In this document: positions 56,931 to 64,000 of the stretch, in pieces
How the letters are laid out: each line of letters begins with the position of its first letter
Numbering within the stretch: position 1 is the stretch's first letter
Source: Octopus vulgaris
Taxonomy: Eukaryota
Direction of reading: 5' to 3'
Assembly (NCBI GenBank): GCA_951406725.2
Contig: OX597830.1
Span: 28,334,001-28,398,000 of the forward strand
DNA length: 64,000 bases
Notes under the pieces: generated by a model
Told to the model about the DNA's origin: nothing
Database searches by the model: none
Seen by the model: only the letters and a program-made list of their open reading frames with translations
Position numbers and translations under genes: made by a program

Positions 56931-57406
56931 ATGAGCAGTAAAGCATTATTGTGTATTTGAGCTTGATATTTGTATATTTGAAATAGAGTACAGTACGTTT
57001 CATCAAGTACACATTATTCGAACATTCTAGAATTAATCCTACAATAAGTAGTTAAGTAAGCAGAAAAAAAAAAAGAAGTTAAAAGTGAAACAAAGAAAAA
57101 AAAACAACAAAGTAAGTAGAAAAGAAAACATACAGAAATAAAATAACAAAAAAAATTAAATAAATAAATAAATAAATGGTTTACTTCAAATCAACAAGAT
57201 TTCTTCTCAGATTCTTGAAGTATTTCTGGAATCTTAAAATGAAATAGACTTTGAATCTTCGCGTGTGCGTGCGCTTTTTTTAAAACTATATATATCCATA
57301 TATGCATACATAAATACATATATATACTTATGCATACGTAAATATATATTTGCAAATATAAATATATATATATATATACATAAATGTATAAAGAAGAATA
57401 TATAGT

Positions 57407-57512
<106 letters not shown>

Positions 57513-58165
57513 ATTATATATATATATATTATATATATATATATAAACACACATATTTCTGCCTGTGTATGTATATATGCTTACATGCATATATACAAAC
57601 AAAACTTTTATGTTATGTTGTTATGCAATATGTGTGTGTATATAACATCAATACAGGTAAATATATATAACTTCACTCGCTCTCTGTATTATATACGAAT
57701 TTATGTATGTGTTCCTTTAGCTTACAACGTAGACAATGTTCAGAGCTACTTTACATTTACAAATACCTACGGCAGAGTAAATTATATTTCGATAAATCTT
57801 TCTATTCATGCATGTGTGTTTTCTTTTATTAATTATTTGAATTCTTCCTACAAGGATGGATTGCTTTCTAACAAAGAAATAAATCTTTATAGGTGGAATT
57901 TCTATAACAGAAATATAGGTGTTTTATTTTATTTATTTATTTATTTATTTTTTGAAATTTATAAGAGTCTTGAATATTTCCCCTTTTACGCTACGAAACT
58001 ACATTTGGCAAGTGCCTATATGCTGGCCACTTTCTGCCATGAGAACTCGAGCTTTTCGCAATTTGCTAATTTAGCCAAATGTAACGACACCATTATAGGT
58101 CAAACTGTGTTACATCATGCAAATAACTTTTTTCTTCAAGTGAATATAGAGAAAATTTAACAGCT

Positions 58166-58515
58166 ACATGATTCCGGGTTCAGTCTCACTGCGTGGCATC
58201 TTGGACATGTGTCTTCCACTGTAGCCTTGGGCCAACCAAAGCCTTGTGAGTGGATTTGGTAGGCGGAAACTGAAAGAAGCCCGTCGTGTATATATATGCC
58301 TGTGTGTGTATGTGTCTGTATGTTTGTGTGCCTGTGTTTGGCCCCCCAACATCGCTTGACAAACAGTGCTGGTGTGTTTACGTCCCCGTAACTTAGCGGT
58401 TCAACATAAGAGTAGGCTTATAAAGAATAAGTCCTGGGTTCGATTTGCACGACTAAAGGCGGTGCTTCAGCATGACCGCAGTCAAATGACTGAAACAAGT
58501 AAAAGAATAAAAGAA
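58166..58515 (+). mobile_element. SINE family B (5'-truncated)
   Basis: Matches family B from catgattccgggttcag to the tail. Confidence 0.9.
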
Positions 58516-58556
58516 TATATGTAAATAGATAGATATATGATATATATAGATATATA

Positions 58557-58740
58557 CCTATTTCTTTACTACCCACAAGGGGCTAAACACAGAGAGGACA
58601 AACAAAGACAGACAAAAGGGTTAAGTCGATTATATCAACACAAGTGCGCAACTGGTACTTAATTTATCGACCCCGAAAGGATGAAAGTCAAAGTCGACCT
58701 CGGCGGAATTTGAACTCAGAACGTAGCTAAGCATTTCGCC
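58557..58740 (-). mobile_element. SINE family A (5'-truncated)
   Basis: ggtacttaatttatcgaccccgaaaggatgaaag. Confidence 0.88.
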
Positions 58741-59263
58741 TTCCATGGTATATAGATATATACCCTATCACTTTGGGTTGAATCGGTGATGTCCAAGAAA
58801 ATCTTTAAAACAGGAACCGTTATTTTAGAATATATGACATGTACATACATATATATATATATACATATATACCATATCATTTTATTGGTTTTTGCCTTTG
58901 TATACAGGTAAACCTCGCACTGCAATATGACCTTCCGTTAAGAAGTCTATTTTTGGAAGGAAATTTGGCCACCAATTTTAGATAAGACATCAATGTATGG
59001 AACATGTACATCACTATACAGCGTTGTGTTTCGTATGCAACCGGAAAGAAAGCAATACCAGTCGAGTTCATTTGTTGGTTTTATTGCACCGCCTCGATGA
59101 ATATTTAGTCGAATGGATCGAACAAAAGACTTATTTTCTGCAAGCCTGCTATTGATTTTATCGATCTCTTTGGCCGAACCACAATTTTAAAGGGACGTAA
59201 AGACACCAACACCGGTTGTCGAGCGGTGGTGGCGTACAAAGCAAACGCAAAGACACACCCATT

Positions 59264-59301
<38 letters not shown>

Positions 59302-59402
59302 GACATATATGTATTTGTGTATACAGACACGCACATATATATATATATATATATATATCCTTTGCTTTCTTAGACATACAAAAAAGAAAGAAGAAAGCAA
59401 AA

Positions 59403-59445
59403 GACCACTGATGAGCTCACAGATGTGTGACGAAAACGTCTGGCC
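59403..59445 (+). ncRNA. Minimal type-I hammerhead motif
   Basis: GACCA-CTGATGA-Gc TCACA(gatg)TGTGA C-GAAA-ACG-TC-TGGCC. Confidence 0.75.
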
Positions 59446-59677
59446 GAAATACAATTAATATAAAATGATGCTGAAGCATGTAAACACCAAATACATAGTG
59501 CGTGTGTTTTTACCGGGTAAACGGGCAACATGACCATCCACAAAATCAACAATATCTGTTTCAACACACGAATTCACATCAAGAATCTTGCAAAACGAAT
59601 AAATATAAACATACATACATATATATATGTATGTATATGTATATATATATGTATATATATGTATATATATGTATGTG

Positions 59678-59727
<50 letters not shown>

Positions 59728-59845
59728 TGTGTGTATTTTTTCCTTGTTTACAATCAACACAGGAAAAGCAGATAAACAGTTACCAGGCCAGCAAAAAATC
59801 ACACGAAATAATAAGTACGTAAAACTCTTTTTGTAAAGCTAGAAA

Positions 59846-59903
59846 CTTCCGACATACGTTTCCAAGACAGCCGTGGTAAAACGATGTAATCTCATCAGGG
59901 AAA
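59846..59903 (-). ncRNA. Minimal type-I hammerhead motif
   Basis: TTCC-CTGATGA-(29 nt, weak stem II)-GAAA-CGTATG-TC-GGAA. Confidence 0.68.
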
Positions 59904-59985
59904 GAAAAAAAAAATATGTCAAAATCATCAATAAGACATTTTAACAGAATACTGTTAAAATATCTGCATTAAATATCTCCCTCTC

Positions 59986-60055
<70 letters not shown>

Positions 60056-60709
60056 TAAGTATTTATATATGTATACATACGATTTTGTTTCAGTTTCTAC
60101 TTACCAAGTTCATTCGCAGTCTTTGCTCGGTCCGAAGCTATAGTAAGAAATATTTATTCAATGTTCAACGCAGTCGTACTGAGCCCGTAAGCAAGTGGTT
60201 GATGAACCACACAGTCACGCCTATGCCAAAGGATATGAATAAATATTTAGCGATAGGTGTACTGTAATATATTGTCCGAATTTATATACTTCATATACAG
60301 AGAAAATGACAATATTGATACAGAATGAAATAATATTTTCTCAAATGCATTAAATGTGGGATTGCAGGGAATTGGTTTAGAATGAAAATCGAAATTGAGT
60401 GAAAGATCTGACTGTTTAGAGATGTTGTCAAAATGAAGGTTGATAAAGCGTGAGTATCAAGCATAGTGTTGGAGAGATAAATACATAAATGTAATTAGTT
60501 ACTATGGAAGTATGATACTGCTATACAAACACAGACACCTTCGCACATACATATACAACACAAACGGAAACTAACACAGGAGATACATACATAATGATGC
60601 ATACATATATACATAAAGTCAAAGATAAATGCACGGAAACACACACGCACATATGTGCGTGTCTGTGTGTGGGCAAGCATATCTGTGAGTACGTGTATAA
60701 CGATATATA

Positions 60710-60941
60710 TGGAATAGCTGTGTGGACAGAAGCTTGCTTCCCAACCGTACGGTTCCGAGATCGGTCCCACTACGTGGCACCTTGGGCAAGTGTATTCTAC
60801 TATAGCGTTGGGTCGGCCAAAGCACAAGCTGGATTTGGTAGAGGGAAACTGAAAGAAGCCCCTCTTATATATGTATATATATATATATATATGTATTTGT
60901 GTGTGTGTCTGTGTTTGTCCCCCTACCATCGCTTGACAACC
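60710..60941 (+). mobile_element. SINE family B (3'-truncated)
   Basis: Head, core and internal microsatellite are present. Confidence 0.85.
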
Positions 60942-60952
60942 TAATGCCAAAT

Positions 60953-61565
60953 ATAATGGTTATTAACAATTTGTCTATTTTCGGCATATTTGGCATTAGA
61001 ATTTTTTTTCTTTTGCTCTTATTTTATAAGATATTTTAAAATTTAACCTTTAAAGGTATTTTTTAATATGCTGGCCATTGATAAAATGTTTTTCGAAATA
61101 TGTTATCCTATGTAAATTTAATAGTGTTCACTCTGAAAGTTTCTTGTTCGAACCACACGTGTCTCGAGATGTGCTGAAGATTTTCTATTTTGGATATATT
61201 TGGGGGTGCTTATGTCAGCTCAGGACTTAGTTCTTGCTTTTTCCCTGGGTATGAGTAAGTCTTTCATTTATGTCTTACGTATTTATCGCTGAAGAGAAGA
61301 AAATTCTTATGAATTAACTTTGAAATTGGGACCAATACGGTAATAACGGAATTTTTTAGAAATTTCTATCGGCTTGTATCGAGACGTATGTTAATTGTGA
61401 TTAATTATAATGGTTATTGACAATTTGTCTATTTTCGGCATATTTGGCATTAGAAGTTTTTTCTTTTGCCCTTATGTTGTAAGTTATTTATTAATTTAAC
61501 CTTTAAGGATATTTTGTGATATGCTGGCCATTGATAAAATTTTTTCAATAAATTTTATCCTATAT
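60953..61565. repeat. Direct repeat of about 160 bp, period about 454 bp
   Basis: ataatggttatt.acaatttgtctattttcggcatatttggcattagaa at 60953 and 61407. Confidence 0.9.
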
Positions 61566-62032
61566 TAGATATATATATATTTATATATATGCTTTGGGCC
61601 CTCCCATAAGTAATGCGATTTGTTTTTCAATTGCATGAGCTAAAAGATGGAGAGGGACGGGATAAACTACCAGCATCAACTTTCGGTGAAAGCAGATAGA
61701 AATTTTACCATGTATTTATTCTTAAAAGAAGACAGAGTGCTACCCATTTGCAGTTGAGTGCAATGGACCCACATGAAATGAAGTATTTTTGTATTTTACT
61801 CAAGAACACAATGCACTGCCAGTGTGGGAATCGAAACCACTATATTTGATTTCACTAGGTGCGCCACAAATTTGACATATTCGTTTTCGTCCTTAATAGT
61901 ATCCACATGAAACTCTCTGTGCTGCATGATTCTGTAGGAAATGTTCTACGCCATCAGTACGGGGCAATATTTATTTATAAGTATGTAATGCACACACATA
62001 CACACACACACGCGTACACACGCACATGCGTG

Positions 62033-62086
<54 letters not shown>

Positions 62087-62762
62087 CATAAATATTTATA
62101 TACATTATTGAAATAACATCAATTATTGAGATATCACGTATAGGACGTCTTATATAATATACTCAGTTATAGCTTTTGTTTATCGCATTAGAAGAAATGG
62201 TTCATGATTACAAGACTGCTCTTGTGGACTCTAGTTGCTATGGAAACGTGTCATGGCGCCATAATGTCAAATCTGAACAGCATCGCTATATAAAAATACA
62301 GAAAGTACGTGAAGGCTATTTGGGAAGCTTGAACACTTCAACATATTTCATCTCCACACACACAGACACACAGACACACACAGACACGCAAAGACACAGA
62401 CACGGGCAATACACACACATACACATACACACAAACACGAGCACATACATATACATTTAAGCTCACATAGGCACATACATATACACAAGCAATACATGCA
62501 TTGTATACAAACACACGAGCACGCTCACACATTCGGATACGTATATATACAAATGCACACGTACATATCTGCATGTGCGCTTGTGGATATCCATACGGTC
62601 CTTTTATAACGTAGCTTCACTTCATTTTACGCATAGATGCGAGTAATTGACACAAATTAAAATGTATGTGTTCGAATTTAACTCATGCTAATAACATATA
62701 GGTATATTTTATCAATAATATCGAAGTACGCATATGTGTACATGTAAGTAATTATCATGGAC

Positions 62763-62824
<62 letters not shown>

Positions 62825-62828
62825 ATAA

Positions 62829-62896
<68 letters not shown>

Positions 62897-62932
62897 GAAG
62901 AAACACACGAGTTGATATATATGGAAAACTTA

Positions 62933-62968
62933 AAGTTGAAAAAATCTCAATGACTGTAACCGGTACTG
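62933..62968 (+). ncRNA. Variant hammerhead motif (U3-A8 core); homologue at 4654-4689 on minus
   Basis: Two-copy consensus CAG-TTGAAAA-AGTC(tcaat)GACT-GAAA-CCGG-TA-CTG. Confidence 0.58.
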
Positions 62969-63026
62969 AAATGTCTTTTATAAAATTATTTTAGCATTTT
63001 CTATCTTGACTTTTTCCCATATATAT

Positions 63027-63115
<89 letters not shown>

Positions 63116-63683
63116 CATATATATGCAATATATATATATATATATGTATATATCAGGAACGAAATGAAAAAATAATTAAAATAAGTTTAACTTCTTAGTT
63201 ATGCGGAGAATGATTAAATTTTAAGTAGTTATATATAGAGGAAAAATCTAAATATCACATAACGATGCTGTTTACATAATTACTTATAACATTATAACAA
63301 GTAGTGTTTGGAATTGAAATGATATCTATATACGTAATTTATAGATGAGCTTGGTATATATAATTCATATGAACATATAACAAATATAATACAGGTGGAA
63401 GAGTAATAAAGAAAAAAAATGAAGCACAGTTTGTTCGGACATATTTGTATCGAACAAATTTTATATACACGTTTCTGCTTTGCAGAAGTTTTCATTTCGT
63501 AGTAGTACACAAAAATCATTTATAACTGACCTTGGTTCGGTTTTAATGATTTTATGTAGATTTTCTTTATTTCAAGTCACCTGCATTTTAAATCCAGTGC
63601 AACGATGACGTGCACTTCTCGAAGGTTTGCAATGCTATTTTGGTTCACATGCTAATTCAGAGCAGTATTCTTATATGTATACA

Positions 63684-63716
<33 letters not shown>

Positions 63717-63749
63717 GCATACGCACACACACAAACACACACATATATA

Positions 63750-63960
63750 GTGGGTCACCAGAAAAATAATGCGTTTTTATAATTCTTTTATGTTTCGAAA
63801 TTAAGATAAACAAAGTTCTTATTTAATCTAAAACATGCATTCCTTCAATTTGTACTATGCTCTTCTATCTATGCGGCAGACTTGTAAAGCCTCTCTTTCA
63901 AACTTCAGTTGTCCATGACAAAATATACTCCTCCCGTACTGTTCTGACCTGGTTCAAAGT
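63750..63960 (-). mobile_element. 3' end of a related mariner element
   Basis: TIR tagtgggtcaccagaaaaataatgcg. Reverse complement aligns by eye with 12560-12750. Confidence 0.8.
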
Positions 63961-64000
63961 GGGCAATATCTTTCATATCCCACCAAACAGGTAACCTTCT

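Overview
AT-rich, microsatellite-saturated eukaryotic non-coding DNA. It is most likely an octopus or other coleoid cephalopod; this is inferred from the SINE families, the repeat density and a GC-expanded 18S fragment. No host protein-coding gene is supported, and nearly all listed ORFs are microsatellite artefacts. The window contains a decayed Penelope-like element (RT + GIY-YIG) with a head-to-head inverted partial copy, several mariner/Tc1 relics, RTE, R4/Dong-like and CR1/L2-like LINE fragments, a non-autonomous Helitron and four tRNA-derived SINE families. It also has an 18S rRNA V4 fragment inserted in a mariner relic. The main hidden signal is about a dozen minimal type-I hammerhead ribozyme motifs from several unrelated short elements. 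Most have a palindromic stem III, some have a U3-A8 covariant core, and they typically sit in fold-back or tandem cassettes next to (TA)n tracts. This suggests a diverse Penelope-dependent retrozyme-like system. All coordinates and folds were read by eye and are approximate.
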